Positions 19,592-35,078 of a DNA stretch of 64,000 nt are shown one piece after another. The translations under genes and the position numbers were made by a program. The notes under the pieces were generated by a model. The model did not search any database. It saw nothing but the letters and a program-made list of their open reading frames with translations, and was not told the DNA's origin. The DNA is from Escherichia coli (lineage in GTDB: Bacteria; Pseudomonadota; Gammaproteobacteria; Enterobacterales; Enterobacteriaceae): NCBI RefSeq assembly GCF_003019035.1, contig NZ_CP027447.1; one strand, given 5' to 3'. The stretch's first letter is position 1, and each line of letters begins with the position of its first letter.

Positions 19592-19833
19592 GTCATTGCC
19601 TCTCATTGAAGTATAATGGCTATTTGACACTATCCTTTACCCTCGCTCAACAGTTTAATAACCTGCCAGCAATAAGGGATGTTGTTTAACTTAAGTCAAA
19701 AAAATAGCGAATTTTCCAACGACAAAAGCTAAATATCGCAAAAACCTCAGTAAAAATCTTGCTGGAGCTATTATTGCTAAGTAACATTTACCCCCTGAAG
19801 TTAATGGATCAATCAACAGAGATGTGGGCTGTA

Positions 19834-19959
19834 ATGAATCGTCTTATTGAATTAACAGGTTGGATCGTTCTTGTCGTTTCAGTCATTCTTCTTGGCGTGG
19901 CGAGTCACATTGACAACTATCAGCCACCTGAACAGAGTACTACGGTTCAACACAAGTAA
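19834..19959 (+). CDS. blr: Small membrane protein Blr (41 aa)
   Basis: MNRLIELTGWIVLVVSVILLGVASHIDNYQPPEQSTTVQHK lies inside track ORF 19759..19959; single TM helix. Confidence 0.7.
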   Translation: MNRLIELTGWIVLVVSVILLGVASHIDNYQPPEQSTTVQHK

Positions 19960-20231
19960 GCTCTGCGCTTGTAGAGCGACATGCTGCCCGTCCGGGTGCA
20001 TGTTTTCACTTGTCGGATATTAAACCAGGAATTTATTATCTTGTTCGATGTTGTTGGTGATTGTCAGGGATAGTAAAGCGCGTTACTCTTTTCAGAGCAG
20101 TTTTTCATCTCTGAATATTTGCCATCAGCGCATTCTTATTATTGTAATAACACACGCGTTCACTTTTGGTGAAATTTTATCATCACTAATAATACCTACT
20201 CCTTTGGTATTAATTATTTTATGGACCTTTT

Positions 20232-20447
20232 ATGACTGTTCAGGACTACTTATTAAAATTTCGCAAAATCAGTTCACTCGAAAGTCTGGAAAAACTCTAC
20301 GACCATCTTAATTACACTCTGACGGATGATCAGGAACTGATCAATATGTATCGTGCTGCCGATCACCGTCGCGCAGAGCTGGTTTCTGGCGGGCGTTTGT
20401 TTGACCTCGGCCAGGTACCGAAGTCCGTCTGGCACTATGTCCAATAA
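20232..20447 (+). CDS. cnu: Hha-family H-NS co-regulator Cnu (YdgT)
   Basis: 71-aa ORF in the Hha/YmoA family; preceded by an AT-rich region. Confidence 0.85.
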
Positions 20448-20532
20448 AGAAAGTAGCGATCGGTTATAAAAGCCTTATAATAACGCCCCTAAAATTAGAT
20501 TTGCCTGTTTGCGCCGCTATTCTGGAGAACCT

Positions 20533-20973
20533 ATGACCACCACAACGCCACAACGTATTGGAGGCTGGTTGCTTGGCCCATTGGCCTGGCTTTTAGTCGC
20601 TCTGTTAAGTACGACGCTGGCGTTGTTGCTGTATACCGCTGCGTTATCTTCTCCGCAAACATTTCAAACGCTCGGCGGACAAGCACTGACGACACAAATC
20701 TTATGGGGCGTTTCTTTTATTACCGCTATCGCCATGTGGTATTACACACTGTGGTTGACCATCGCTTTCTTTAAACGTCGGCGTTGTGTTCCTAAACACT
20801 ATATTATCTGGCTGCTTATTTCCGTATTGCTGGCAGTAAAAGCGTTCGCTTTTTCACCCGTAGAAGATGGCATAGCCGTTCGCCAGTTGCTGTTTACTTT
20901 GTTGGCAACCGCATTGATCGTCCCCTATTTTAAACGCTCGTCGCGGGTGAAAGCGACGTTTGTGAATCCGTAA
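20533..20973 (+). CDS. ydgK: Inner-membrane protein YdgK
   Basis: Hydrophobic about-146-aa ORF directly upstream of rsxA; start chosen at MTTTTPQR. Confidence 0.8.
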   Translation: MTTTTPQRIGGWLLGPLAWLLVALLSTTLALLLYTAALSSPQTFQTLGGQALTTQILWGVSFITAIAMWYYTLWLTIAFFKRRRCVPKHYIIWLLISVLLAVKAFAFSPVEDGIAVRQLLFTLLATALIVPYFKRSSRVKATFVNP

Positions 20974-21049
20974 TAACCTTACAGTTAACCTGTTGTCGCC
21001 TGCTCTGGATTAACGGATAATAGGCGGCTTTTTTATTTCAGGCCGAAAA

Positions 21050-21630
21050 ATGACTGACTACCTGTTACTGTTTGTCGGAACTGTACTGGTCAATAACTTT
21101 GTACTGGTCAAGTTTCTCGGTCTCTGTCCGTTTATGGGGGTTTCCAAAAAGCTGGAAACCGCGATGGGCATGGGGCTGGCTACAACGTTTGTGATGACGC
21201 TGGCGTCTATTTGCGCCTGGCTTATCGATACGTGGATTTTGATCCCGCTTAATCTGATTTACCTGCGCACCCTGGCGTTTATTCTGGTGATTGCTGTGGT
21301 TGTGCAGTTCACCGAGATGGTGGTGCGCAAAACCAGCCCGGTACTTTACCGTCTGCTGGGGATTTTTTTGCCGCTTATCACCACCAACTGTGCCGTGCTC
21401 GGCGTGGCGTTGCTGAATATCAATCTCGGGCACAATTTCTTGCAGTCAGCGCTGTACGGTTTTTCCGCCGCAGTCGGTTTCTCGCTGGTGATGGTGCTCT
21501 TCGCCGCCATCCGCGAACGCCTTGCTGTGGCTGATGTCCCGGCACCTTTTCGCGGTAATGCCATTGCGTTAATTACCGCAGGTCTTATGTCTCTGGCCTT
21601 TATGGGCTTTAGTGGTTTGGTGAAGTTGTA

Positions 21631-21631
<1 letters not shown>
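21050..21631 (+). CDS. rsxA: Rsx/Rnf electron-transport complex subunit A
   Basis: 193-aa polytopic membrane protein, first gene of the rsx cluster. Confidence 0.95.
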
Positions 21632-24424
<2,793 letters not shown>

Positions 24425-25483
24425 ATGGTATTCAGAATAGCTAGCTCCCCTTATACCCATAACCAGCGCCAAACATCGCGCATTATGCTGTTGGTGTTGC
24501 TCGCAGCCGTGCCAGGAATCGCAGCGCAACTGTGGTTTTTTGGTTGGGGTACTCTCGTTCAGATCCTGTTGGCGTCGGTCAGTGCTCTGTTAGCCGAAGC
24601 TCTCGTACTCAAACTACGCAAGCAGTCGGTAGCCGCAACGTTGAAAGATAACTCAGCATTGCTGACAGGCTTATTGCTGGCGGTAAGTATTCCCCCCCTC
24701 GCGCCATGGTGGATGGTCGTACTGGGTACGGTGTTTGCGGTGATCATCGCTAAACAGTTGTATGGCGGTCTGGGGCAAAACCCGTTTAATCCGGCAATGA
24801 TTGGTTATGTGGTCTTACTGATCTCCTTCCCGGTGCAGATGACCAGCTGGTTACCGCCGCATGAAATTGCGGTCAACATCCCTGGTTTTATCGACGCCAT
24901 ACAGGTTATTTTCAGCGGTCATACCGCCAGTGGTGGTGATATGAACACGCTACGCTTAGGTATTGATGGCATTAGTCAGGCGACACCGCTGGATACATTT
25001 AAAACCTCTGTCCGTGCCGGTCATTCGGTTGAAGAGATTATGCAATATCCGATCTACAGCGGTATGCTGGCGGGCGCTGGTTGGCAATGGGTAAATCTCG
25101 CCTGGCTGGCTGGCGGCGTGTGGTTGCTATGGCAGAAAGCGATTCGCTGGCATATTCCCCTCAGCTTCTTAGTAACGCTGGCGTTATGCGCAACGTTGGG
25201 CTGGTTGTTCTCACCAGATACTCTGGCAGCACCGCAAATTCATCTGCTGTCTGGTGCGACCATGCTCGGCGCATTCTTTATTTTGACTGACCCGGTTACC
25301 GCTTCTACGACCAATCGTGGTCGTCTTATTTTCGGCGCGCTGGCGGGCTTATTAGTCTGGTTGATCCGCAGTTTCGGCGGCTATCCTGACGGCGTTGCTT
25401 TTGCCGTCCTGCTGGCGAACATCACGGTTCCTCTGATCGATTACTACACGCGTCCGCGCGTCTACGGCCATCGCAAAGGGTAA
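24425..25483 (+). CDS. rsxD: Rsx/Rnf complex subunit D
   Basis: 352-aa polytopic membrane protein. Confidence 0.95.
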   Translation: MVFRIASSPYTHNQRQTSRIMLLVLLAAVPGIAAQLWFFGWGTLVQILLASVSALLAEALVLKLRKQSVAATLKDNSALLTGLLLAVSIPPLAPWWMVVLGTVFAVIIAKQLYGGLGQNPFNPAMIGYVVLLISFPVQMTSWLPPHEIAVNIPGFIDAIQVIFSGHTASGGDMNTLRLGIDGISQATPLDTFKTSVRAGHSVEEIMQYPIYSGMLAGAGWQWVNLAWLAGGVWLLWQKAIRWHIPLSFLVTLALCATLGWLFSPDTLAAPQIHLLSGATMLGAFFILTDPVTASTTNRGRLIFGALAGLLVWLIRSFGGYPDGVAFAVLLANITVPLIDYYTRPRVYGHRKG

Positions 25484-25486
25484 ACC

Positions 25487-26107
25487 ATGCTGAAAACTAT
25501 CCGAAAACACGGCATTACGTTGGCGCTATTTGCAGCGGGTTCAACAGGGTTAACTGCGGCCATCAACCAGATGACCAAAACGACGATTGCTGAACAGGCC
25601 AGTCTGCAACAAAAGGCGTTATTTGATCAGGTGCTGCCAGCCGAACGCTATAACAATGCGCTGGCACAGAGTTGCTATCTGGTCACTGCGCCAGAGTTAG
25701 GTAAAGGTGAGCATCGGGTTTACATCGCCAAACAGGATGACAAACCGGTAGCCGCCGTTCTGGAAACAACCGCGCCAGATGGCTATTCCGGTGCGATTCA
25801 GCTGCTGGTGGGAGCCGATTTTAACGGCACGGTACTTGGCACGCGCGTGACAGAGCACCACGAAACGCCAGGGCTTGGCGATAAAATCGAACTGCGCCTT
25901 TCTGACTGGATCACCCATTTTGCGGGTAAAAAAATCAGTGGTGCGGATGATGCGCACTGGGCGGTGAAGAAAGATGGTGGTGATTTCGACCAGTTCACCG
26001 GCGCGACGATTACTCCCCGCGCGGTGGTTAATGCGGTAAAACGCGCCGGATTGTACGCTCAGACGTTACCGTCACAACTTTCTCAACTTCCTGCCTGTGG
26101 AGAATAA
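25487..26107 (+). CDS. rsxG: Rsx/Rnf complex subunit G (FMN-binding)
   Basis: 206-aa ORF with an N-terminal anchor. Confidence 0.93.
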   Translation: MLKTIRKHGITLALFAAGSTGLTAAINQMTKTTIAEQASLQQKALFDQVLPAERYNNALAQSCYLVTAPELGKGEHRVYIAKQDDKPVAAVLETTAPDGYSGAIQLLVGADFNGTVLGTRVTEHHETPGLGDKIELRLSDWITHFAGKKISGADDAHWAVKKDGGDFDQFTGATITPRAVVNAVKRAGLYAQTLPSQLSQLPACGE

Positions 26108-26110
26108 AGC

Positions 26111-26806
26111 GTGAGCGAAATTAAAGACGTTATTGTTCAGGGGTTGTGGAAAAACAACTCTGCGCTGGTCCAGCTGCTCGGCCTCTGTCCGCTATTGGCG
26201 GTCACGTCCACTGCCACTAACGCTCTGGGTTTAGGACTTGCGACTACGCTGGTACTGACGCTGACCAACTTGACCATTTCGACGCTGCGTCACTGGACGC
26301 CAGCCGAGATCCGCATTCCCATTTACGTGATGATCATCGCCTCGGTGGTCAGCGCTGTACAGATGCTGATCAACGCCTACGCCTTTGGCCTGTATCAATC
26401 ATTAGGGATTTTTATTCCGCTGATTGTCACTAACTGTATCGTTGTGGGCCGCGCTGAAGCCTTCGCCGCCAAAAAAGGTCCGGCGCTTTCGGCACTGGAC
26501 GGCTTTTCAATTGGTATGGGCGCAACCTGCGCCATGTTCGTGCTGGGTTCACTACGCGAAATTATCGGCAATGGCACGTTGTTTGACGGTGCAGATGCGC
26601 TGTTAGGTAGCTGGGCGAAAGTATTACGCGTGGAGATTTTCCACACCGACTCCCCTTTCCTGCTGGCGATGCTGCCACCAGGTGCATTTATTGGCCTGGG
26701 ACTGATGCTGGCAGGAAAATACCTGATTGATGAAAAAATGAAAAAGCGCCGTACTGAAGCAGCTGCCGAACGTGCATTGCCAAACGGTGAAACAGGGAAT
26801 GTCTGA
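26111..26806 (+). CDS. rsxE: Rsx/Rnf complex subunit E
   Basis: 231-aa membrane protein, paralogous to rsxA. Confidence 0.93.
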   Translation: MSEIKDVIVQGLWKNNSALVQLLGLCPLLAVTSTATNALGLGLATTLVLTLTNLTISTLRHWTPAEIRIPIYVMIIASVVSAVQMLINAYAFGLYQSLGIFIPLIVTNCIVVGRAEAFAAKKGPALSALDGFSIGMGATCAMFVLGSLREIIGNGTLFDGADALLGSWAKVLRVEIFHTDSPFLLAMLPPGAFIGLGLMLAGKYLIDEKMKKRRTEAAAERALPNGETGNV

Positions 26807-27441
26807 TGAACAAAGCAAAACGCCTGGAGATCCTCACTCGCCTGCGTGAGAACAATCCTCATCCCACCACCGAGCTTAATTTCAGTTCGCCTTTTGAATT
26901 GCTGATTGCCGTGCTGCTTTCCGCTCAGGCGACCGATGTCAGTGTTAATAAGGCGACGGCGAAACTCTACCCGGTGGCGAATACACCTGCAGCGATGCTT
27001 GAACTGGGCGTCGAAGGGGTGAAAACCTATATCAAAACCATTGGGCTTTATAACAGCAAAGCAGAAAATATCATCAAAACCTGCCGTATCTTACTGGAAC
27101 AACATAATGGCGAGGTTCCGGAAGATCGTGCTGCGCTTGAAGCCCTGCCTGGCGTAGGTCGTAAAACAGCCAACGTCGTATTAAACACTGCATTCGGCTG
27201 GCCGACTATTGCTGTCGACACGCACATTTTCCGCGTTTGTAATCGTACTCAATTTGCGCCGGGGAAAAACGTCGAACAGGTAGAAGAAAAGCTACTGAAA
27301 GTGGTTCCTGCAGAGTTTAAAGTCGACTGCCACCATTGGTTGATCCTGCACGGGCGTTATACCTGCATTGCCCGCAAGCCCCGCTGTGGCTCTTGTATTA
27401 TTGAAGATCTTTGTGAATACAAAGAGAAAGTTGACATCTGA
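26806..27441 (+). CDS. nth: Endonuclease III (DNA glycosylase/AP lyase)
   Basis: 211-aa ORF with HhH-GPD and a C-terminal Cx6CxxCx5C cluster. Confidence 0.95.
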   Translation: MNKAKRLEILTRLRENNPHPTTELNFSSPFELLIAVLLSAQATDVSVNKATAKLYPVANTPAAMLELGVEGVKTYIKTIGLYNSKAENIIKTCRILLEQHNGEVPEDRAALEALPGVGRKTANVVLNTAFGWPTIAVDTHIFRVCNRTQFAPGKNVEQVEEKLLKVVPAEFKVDCHHWLILHGRYTCIARKPRCGSCIIEDLCEYKEKVDI

Positions 27442-27447
27442 AGAAAA

Positions 27448-27470
27448 GGGGTAACACCGATTACCCCATT
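27448..27470 (+). terminator. Hairpin after nth
   Basis: ggggtaa-caccgat-tacccc inverted repeat; weak T-tract. Confidence 0.4.
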
Positions 27471-28051
27471 GATAACCTTTCTTTATCCTCTTTTAAAACA
27501 TCTTTTTAACGTCAATGATGCCATTGCTTAGCGTTATCATCAGGTAATCCGTTTGCGGATAACCAAAAATGCAGGTTAATTGTTTTTTTAATAGCGAAAT
27601 TTTCTATTCATTCGTGATCAAGATCACGATGCTGTGGCAATGTAAAAACATTGCAAGAACTAGGTTAAAATCATTTAAATTTACACACGCAACAAATATT
27701 GACCTACAAAACATTACACTGGCTATTTTTCAGAAACTGGACTATCTCACTAGGAAAAACGCTAAATAGCAGAACATATCGCCGTTAAGCCATCATCCCC
27801 CTCTCAGGGTAGTGAAAAAATCTGCCGTTACGTTTTTTGAAAAATTTAACGCTGGATAACATTTCCCGGAATGGTTGAATTCCCCGCCTCAGTTATATGT
27901 AACAGATTATTACAAAGGACTTGTCTGAAAGTGCAAGATAGTGAACATTACCTGCCGTTTCCCCTCCCACTATAACAATTGCGCGTATGTTTTTTAGGCA
28001 TAACGCGAGAAAGCACCCCCGTTAATATGGGATGTAAAAAAAGAGGTAAAA

Positions 28052-29554
28052 GTGTCCACTGCAAACCAAAAACCAACTGAAAGCGTCAGTTTGAACGCTT
28101 TCAAACAACCGAAGGCGTTCTATCTCATCTTCTCGATTGAGTTATGGGAACGTTTTGGTTATTACGGCCTACAAGGAATTATGGCTGTTTACCTGGTTAA
28201 ACAACTGGGTATGTCTGAAGCGGATTCAATCACCCTTTTCTCTTCCTTTAGTGCCCTGGTTTATGGTCTGGTCGCTATCGGCGGCTGGTTAGGTGACAAG
28301 GTACTGGGTACTAAACGCGTAATTATGCTTGGCGCTATTGTGCTGGCGATTGGTTATGCTCTGGTGGCCTGGTCTGGTCACGACGCCGGTATCGTTTATA
28401 TGGGTATGGCGGCTATTGCGGTCGGTAACGGCCTGTTTAAAGCTAACCCGTCTTCTCTGCTTTCTACATGCTATGAGAAAAACGACCCGCGTCTGGACGG
28501 TGCATTCACCATGTACTACATGTCCGTCAACATCGGCTCTTTCTTCTCTATGATCGCCACCCCGTGGCTGGCCGCGAAATACGGCTGGAGTGTTGCGTTT
28601 GCGTTGAGCGTTGTAGGCCTGCTGATCACTATCGTTAACTTCGCCTTCTGCCAACGCTGGGTTAAACAGTACGGTTCAAAACCAGACTTCGAGCCTATCA
28701 ACTACCGTAACCTGCTGCTGACCATTATTGGTGTTGTGGCACTGATCGCTATCGCCACCTGGCTGCTTCACAATCAGGAAGTTGCGCGTATGGCGCTGGG
28801 CGTTGTTGCCTTTGGTATCGTGGTTATCTTCGGTAAAGAAGCCTTCGCGATGAAAGGTGCTGCGCGTCGTAAAATGATCGTTGCCTTCATCCTGATGCTC
28901 GAAGCCATTATCTTCTTCGTGCTGTACAGCCAGATGCCAACGTCACTGAACTTCTTTGCGATTCGTAACGTTGAACACACCATTCTGGGCCTGGCCGTAG
29001 AACCTGAGCAGTATCAGGCACTGAACCCGTTCTGGATCATCATTGGTAGCCCGATTCTGGCCGCTATCTATAACAAGATGGGCGATACCCTGCCGATGCC
29101 AACTAAGTTTGCAATCGGTATGGTGATGTGTTCTGGTGCGTTCCTGATTCTGCCGCTGGGTGCAAAATTCGCGTCTGACGCAGGTATCGTGTCTGTAAGC
29201 TGGCTGGTCGCAAGCTATGGCCTGCAGAGTATCGGGGAACTTATGATCTCTGGTCTGGGTCTGGCAATGGTTGCACAACTCGTTCCGCAGCGTCTGATGG
29301 GCTTCATTATGGGTAGCTGGTTCCTGACCACTGCCGGTGCAAACCTGATTGGTGGTTATGTTGCGGGTATGATGGCTGTGCCGGATAACGTTACCGATCC
29401 ACTGATGTCACTGGAAGTCTATGGTCGCGTATTCTTGCAGATTGGTGTTGCTACTGCCGTTATTGCAGTACTGATGCTGCTGACCGCGCCGAAACTGCAC
29501 CGCATGACGCAGGATGACGCTGCAGACAAAGCGGCGAAAGCTGCTGTAGCGTAA
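28052..29554 (+). CDS. dtpA: Proton-dependent di/tripeptide permease (POT family)
   Basis: 500-aa ORF, GTG start; multi-TM POT transporter. Confidence 0.92.
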
Positions 29555-29577
29555 AATTCAGGGAAACTCTTTTACAA

Positions 29578-29611
29578 GCCGCTAACTTTTCGTTAGCGGC
29601 TTTTTTTTTGT
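29578..29611 (+). terminator. Rho-independent terminator after dtpA
   Basis: agccgctaac-ttttc-gttagcggct followed by T9. Confidence 0.75.
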
Positions 29612-29659
29612 TCAGCAACGCACTACCATACTTTAAACCACAGACAAAAGGAGTTACCG

Positions 29660-30265
29660 ATGAAATTGTTCTACAAACCGGGCGCCTGCTCTCTCGCTTC
29701 CCATATCACCCTGCGTGAGAGCGGAAAGGATTTTACGCTCGTCAGTGTGGATTTAATGAAAAAACGTCTCGAAAACGGTGACGATTACTTTGCCGTTAAC
29801 CCTAAGGGACAAGTGCCTGCATTGCTGCTGGACGATGGTACTTTGCTGACGGAAGGCGTAGCAATTATGCAGTATCTTGCCGACAGCGTCCCCGACCGCC
29901 AGTTGCTGGCACCGGTAAACAGTATTTCCCGCTATAAAACCATCGAATGGCTGAATTACATCGCCACCGAGCTGCATAAAGGCTTCACACCTCTGTTTCG
30001 CCCTGATACACCGGAAGAGTACAAACCAACAGTTCGCGCGCAGCTGGAGAAGAAGCTGCAATATGTGAACGATGCTCTGAAGGATGAGCACTGGATCTGC
30101 GGGCAACGATTTACAATTGCTGATGCCTATCTGTTTACGGTTCTGCGCTGGGCATACGCGGTGAAACTGAATCTGGAAGGGTTAGAGCACATTGCGGCAT
30201 TTATGCAACGTATGGCTGAACGTCCGGAAGTACAAGACGCGCTGTCAGCGGAAGGCTTAAAGTAA
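29660..30265 (+). CDS. gstA: Glutathione S-transferase
   Basis: 201-aa GST-fold ORF. Confidence 0.93.
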   Translation: MKLFYKPGACSLASHITLRESGKDFTLVSVDLMKKRLENGDDYFAVNPKGQVPALLLDDGTLLTEGVAIMQYLADSVPDRQLLAPVNSISRYKTIEWLNYIATELHKGFTPLFRPDTPEEYKPTVRAQLEKKLQYVNDALKDEHWICGQRFTIADAYLFTVLRWAYAVKLNLEGLEHIAAFMQRMAERPEVQDALSAEGLK

Positions 30266-30271
30266 TAGCCA

Positions 30272-30297
30272 TCGGCCCACAGGTCGTTGTGGGCCGA
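30272..30297. terminator. Hairpin between convergent gstA and pdxY
   Basis: cggcccacag-gtcgt-tgtgggccg. Confidence 0.45.
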
Positions 30298-30308
30298 AAT
30301 GAGATATT

Positions 30309-31172
30309 TCAGAGCTTTGTTGCGCTGAAATAATGTTCTGGTTTGGCAATACGATCCTGAGCAGCAACCACTTGCAACTCATATTCCTGCATTGCTTTGG
30401 TGGTCACCATGATTTCGTATACTGCAGCGGTCACATGTTCCAGGGCCTCCTGCAGCGTTGCCCCCTGAAGCAGTTTCACCAGCAGTAAACCGCTCGTCAC
30501 ATCACCAACACCTACCGGCTGGCGCATACCAAAATCCACCAGCGGACGGCTGATATGCCAGGCTTCATCGGCGGTAACCAGCAGCATTTCAAAACGGTCA
30601 CGGCTGTAGCCAGCCCGCGCCAGGTGTTTAACCAACACAATTTGTGGCCCTTGCGCAATGAGTTCACGCGCTGCCAGAACCGCTTCTTCGACGTTATTTA
30701 CCGGATGCTCACAAAGTATCTCCAGCTCAACCAGATTCGGCGCAATGATATCGCTGGCAGGCAAACCGTGACGCACATGAAACTCTGCGACACCCGGTGC
30801 AACGATACAGCCTTTTTCCGGATGACCCATTACCGGATCGCAAAAATATTTCGCCTGCGGATTCGCGGCTTTCACCTGACGGACGATACCGAGGATATGT
30901 TCACCCTGCTCCGCCGATCCCAGATAGCCACTTAATACGGCATCACAGGTGTGTAATTTATCAATGGCGGCAATGCCTTGCACTATTTCGGTTAAATGGC
31001 TGGGCGGCATCACGCAGCCGGTCCATTTGCCGTATTGGGTGTGATTAGAAAATTGAACGGTGTTCAGCGGCCAGACGTTCGCGCCCAGGCGGCGCATCGG
31101 AAACTCTGCCGCACTGTTACCCGCATGACCATAAACAACGTGAGACTGGATAGCGAGAATATTTTTCATCAT
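30309..31172 (-). CDS. pdxY: Pyridoxal kinase 2
   Basis: 287-aa ribokinase-superfamily ORF downstream of tyrS. Confidence 0.93.
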   Translation of the reverse strand: MMKNILAIQSHVVYGHAGNSAAEFPMRRLGANVWPLNTVQFSNHTQYGKWTGCVMPPSHLTEIVQGIAAIDKLHTCDAVLSGYLGSAEQGEHILGIVRQVKAANPQAKYFCDPVMGHPEKGCIVAPGVAEFHVRHGLPASDIIAPNLVELEILCEHPVNNVEEAVLAARELIAQGPQIVLVKHLARAGYSRDRFEMLLVTADEAWHISRPLVDFGMRQPVGVGDVTSGLLLVKLLQGATLQEALEHVTAAVYEIMVTTKAMQEYELQVVAAQDRIAKPEHYFSATKL

Positions 31173-31230
31173 GTTCCCTGTATAAAAACCAGGGGGAGTG
31201 ATTTCTCACTCCCCCTTTCCACTTAATGCA

Positions 31231-32505
31231 TTATTTCCAGCAAATCAGACAGTAATTCTTTTTGCCGCGACGCAGTAAGGTAAAACGACCAAACAGACGA
31301 TCTTCTTCTTTAAAGAAGTATTCAGGATCGGACTGTTTTTCACCGTTAATGGTGATGGCATTAGAGGCGATAGTTTTACGCGCCTGACCACGGGAAGGTT
31401 GCAGTTCAGAATCGACCAGCGCCTGCATCAGGTCTGCGCCCTTTTCCATCTCAACCATCGGTACGCCGTCCTGCGCCAGCTGTTCGAAGTCCGCTTCACT
31501 CAGCGCACTCAAAGAACCGCTGAACAGGCATTCGGTAATACGTTTTGCCGCCTGTAAACCTTCTTCACCGTGAACCAGACGAGTCACCTGCTCCGCCAGT
31601 ACATACTGGGCGCGCGGTGCTTTACCGCTGTTTTTATCTTCTTCTTCCAGGGCGTTGATCTCTTCAATGCTCATAAAGGTGAAGAACTTCAGGAAGCGGT
31701 AAACGTCGGCATCCGCAGTGTTAATCCAGAACTGGTAGAATTTGTACGGGCTGGTTTTCTTCGGATCCAACCAGACTGCGCCGCCTTCAGTTTTACCAAA
31801 TTTGGTGCCGTCTGCTTTGGTGATCAGCGGAACGGTCAAGCCAAACACCTGATTCTGATGCAGACGACGGGTCAGGTCGATACCAGAAGTGATGTTACCC
31901 CACTGGTCAGAACCACCAATTTGCAGCACCACACCGTACTGTTTGTTCAGACAGGCGAAGTCATAACCCTGCAACAGGTTGTAGGAAAACTCAGTGAACG
32001 AAATCCCCTGATCTTCACGGTTGAGACGCTGCTTAACCGCTTCTTTGTTGATCATCTGGTTAACGGAGAAGTGTTTGCCAATATCGCGCAGGAAGGTCAG
32101 CACATTCATATTGCCGAACCAGTCATAGTTGTTCGCCGCGATAGCAGAGTTTTCTCCACAGTCGAAATCGAGGAACGGGGCAACCTGCTTGCGGATTTTG
32201 TCCACCCATTCCTGAACAGTTTCTTCGGTGTTCAGCTTACGCTCAGCAGCTTTGAAGCTCGGGTCGCCAATCAGACCCGTCGCGCCGCCTACCAGCGCAA
32301 CCGGCTTGTGGCCCGCCTGCTGGAAGCGTTTCAGGCATAACAATGGAACAAGATGCCCCAAATGCAAGCTGTCAGCGGTAGGATCGAAGCCGCAATAGAG
32401 CGCGATCGGGCCTTGCGCCAGTCGCTCTGCTAACGCTTCCTCGTCCGTCACCTGGGCTACCAGCCCCCGCTCTTGCAATTGTTTAATCAAGTTACTGCTT
32501 GCCAT
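31231..32505 (-). CDS. tyrS: Tyrosine--tRNA ligase
   Basis: HLGH (HIGH) and KFGKT (KMSKS) class I motifs; start taken at [10 protein letters not shown] (track ORF starts 4 codons upstream). Confidence 0.95.
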
Positions 32506-32633
32506 CAAAATCTCCATGTATATAACGACTGCACCTTTGCCGGTACACGACTTTTCGCCAGATGCGAAAGAGACATAGAATAAAGTGCCAGAATCAGGAG
32601 TACCAGCGATTAAAGCAAGATTTTTGCATCTTT

Positions 32634-33290
32634 TCAGGGGGCAAGACGATCAATCTTCCACGCATCATTTTCACGCTGGTACAAAAAGCGGTCATGCAGG
32701 CGATGCTCACCGCCCTGCCAGAACTCAATCTGTTCAAGGCTGACGCGAAAACCGCCCCAAAAACTCGGCAATGGCACTTCGCCCTGTTGAAACTTCTGCT
32801 TCAGCTCCAGGAATTTACTTTCAAGGATACCGCGGGCAGAAATGCGACTGGACTGCTTCGAAACCCATGCACCAATCTGGCTATCACGGGGGCGACTATG
32901 AAAATATTTCATCACTTCGAGAGTCGAAAGTCGTTCCGCTTTACCGATCACCATCACCTGGCGTTCAAGGGTATGCCACGGGAACAGCAGGCTAACGCGC
33001 GGATTATTTTCAATTTGATGTGCTTTACGGCTGCCGAGGTTGGTGTAAAACACCATGCCTTTTTCGTCGTAATGTTTGAGTAAAACGATGCGCTGATAAG
33101 GCTGACCATGTTCATCCACGGTAGCGACCACCATCGCGGTAGGGTCCGCCAGTTTGGCGTCACAAGCCTGAGAGAGCCAACGTTCAAAAAGGGTTAATGG
33201 CTCGGCAGGAAGATCGCGGCGGCGTAACCCGCCTTTGGTGTATTCACGGCGCAGATGCGCGATTTGCTGCAATTCGTCGTTATCAGACAT
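32634..33290 (-). CDS. pdxH: Pyridoxine/pyridoxamine 5'-phosphate oxidase
   Basis: 218-aa FMN-binding oxidase ORF. Confidence 0.95.
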
Positions 33291-33348
33291 GGTTTTCTTT
33301 ACGGATTGTCAGTGGGTGACGCTATTGTGCGCCGCCCCTGGAAAAATC

Positions 33349-33678
33349 TCAACGCTGTGGATTTTGTAACTGACAGTTATTCAAGACGATGCGGTCGCGT
33401 TTATAGACAGTCGCTTCCTCGCCTTTCGACCAGAAAACATAGATCCCGTCGGTGTAACGTGCACCAGACGCAGAAATGCCCTGTTTGAGATGCAATAGTT
33501 GATTATCATAAACAAAACTGACTTCCTGGCGCGGATTATTCAGTTTGACCGTCAACGGTTTTTCATCACACTGGTATTCCAGCGTATCGGTTTGCATGCG
33601 CTCAACCAGTTGATTGAACGCGCTACAGCCGGTGAGAAGGACCGGCAAACAGATCAGTAACAGTTTTTTCATAGACAT
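33349..33678 (-). CDS. mliC: Membrane-bound lysozyme inhibitor of C-type lysozyme (lipoprotein)
   Basis: 109-aa ORF with lipoprotein signal LLTGC. Confidence 0.88.
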   Translation of the reverse strand: MSMKKLLLICLPVLLTGCSAFNQLVERMQTDTLEYQCDEKPLTVKLNNPRQEVSFVYDNQLLHLKQGISASGARYTDGIYVFWSKGEEATVYKRDRIVLNNCQLQNPQR

Positions 33679-33775
33679 ATCCCGAAGACTTTCCTGGTCT
33701 GGAGGGCAATACGCCCTCCCTAACGTTCCAAGTGTAACGGCAGACGCGGTAAGAAAAATTCAGTTAACTCTGATA

Positions 33776-34885
33776 TCACGGGTTAGCGGGGAAAATAGCC
33801 CCCAGTACCGTCTCCTGGCTTGCGCCAGTGACGGAAGGCAGATTTCCTGGTAATCCCGCCAGCGTTCGCCAGGCAAGCCAGGCGAACGCCAATGCTTCCA
33901 TGTCATCGCCACTAATGCCAACGGCATCGGTGGTGGTGACTTCTGTGCCTGGCAGTAATGCCGCCAGACGCGCCATGAGTAGCGGATTACGACTTCCTCC
34001 ACCACATACCATCAATCGTTCGCAGCCACCGCTCAACAAAACTTGTTCAGAAATGGTCACGGCGGTTAGTTCTGCCAGTGTCGCCTGTACATCTCGGGGA
34101 TCAACCCCCGGAAAATGGCGCAAATGGCGCTCCAGCCAGCCGTAGTTAAAGTATTCGCGTCCGGTACTTTTCGGTGCAGGTTGCGAGAAATATGGGTCGC
34201 TGAGCATATTTTGCAGCAGTGGGAGAATGACTTTACCCGCCCGTGCCCACTCGGCATCTTTATCGTAAGGTTTACCGGCCTGACGCCAGATCCAGGCATC
34301 CATCAGCATGTTACCAGGGCCGGTATCGTAGCCCCCTACCGGCTGCCCAGGAATGAGCAGTGACAGATTGGCGATGCCACCAATATTGAGCACCATTCGT
34401 CGCTCGGTTGGGTGAGCCAGCAGCGCATGATGGAACGCAGGTACCAGCGGTGCGCCTTGTCCTCCCAAGGCAATATCGCGACGGCGAAAATCACCGACAA
34501 CCGTAATTCCGGTGCGCGCCACAATTTGATTGTTATCGCCAATCTGTAAAGTGTGTGGTGCCACGCCCGTCGGTTCATGCCAGACGGTTTGACCGTGACA
34601 GCCGATCGCAACGATATCTCTCGCCTGCAGGTTTTGTTCCTTAAGCAAGGCATTGACCGCATCAGCAAAAAGTCGCCCGAGTTGAGTATCAAGTTGTCCA
34701 AACTGCGAAAGTGTAAGCTGCTGGCCCTGGCAAATATCCAGTACAGCCTGTTTCAAAGACACCGGGATCGGCCAGCTCAAACTTGCCAGCTGTGCGACCC
34801 GGTGTTCATCAATTGTCGCCAACACAACATCAACACCATCAAGGCTGGTGCCTGACATAACGCCAATAAAGCGGCCCGATTTCAT
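33776..34885 (-). CDS. anmK: Anhydro-N-acetylmuramic acid kinase
   Basis: 369-aa ORF; last conserved host gene before the prophage. Confidence 0.93.
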
Positions 34886-35000
34886 AGTTCATCCTTTTTC
34901 AATCTGACGTTTGCGCACCACTCAAACATAAACTTTTCGTGAATACTATGCGGAATGACCGATTTTTACCGTTGGTAGTAAAACATTATCTTCAAATCAA

Positions 35001-35060
35001 TGATGCGCCGCGCGATAAACGTACCTATTTCCGTGAGATAAATTACATCGCCGCGGCATT
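35001..35060. repeat. Putative prophage terminal sequence (Mu right-end-like, transposase-binding-like repeats)
   Basis: TGATGCGCCGCGCGATAAACG resembles the Mu R-end TGAAGCGGCGCACGAAAAACG (recalled from memory); repeated CGnGATAAA motifs; lies 78 bp beyond the invertase stop. Confidence 0.45.
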
Positions 35061-35078
35061 TCAATATCAGAAAAAGAA

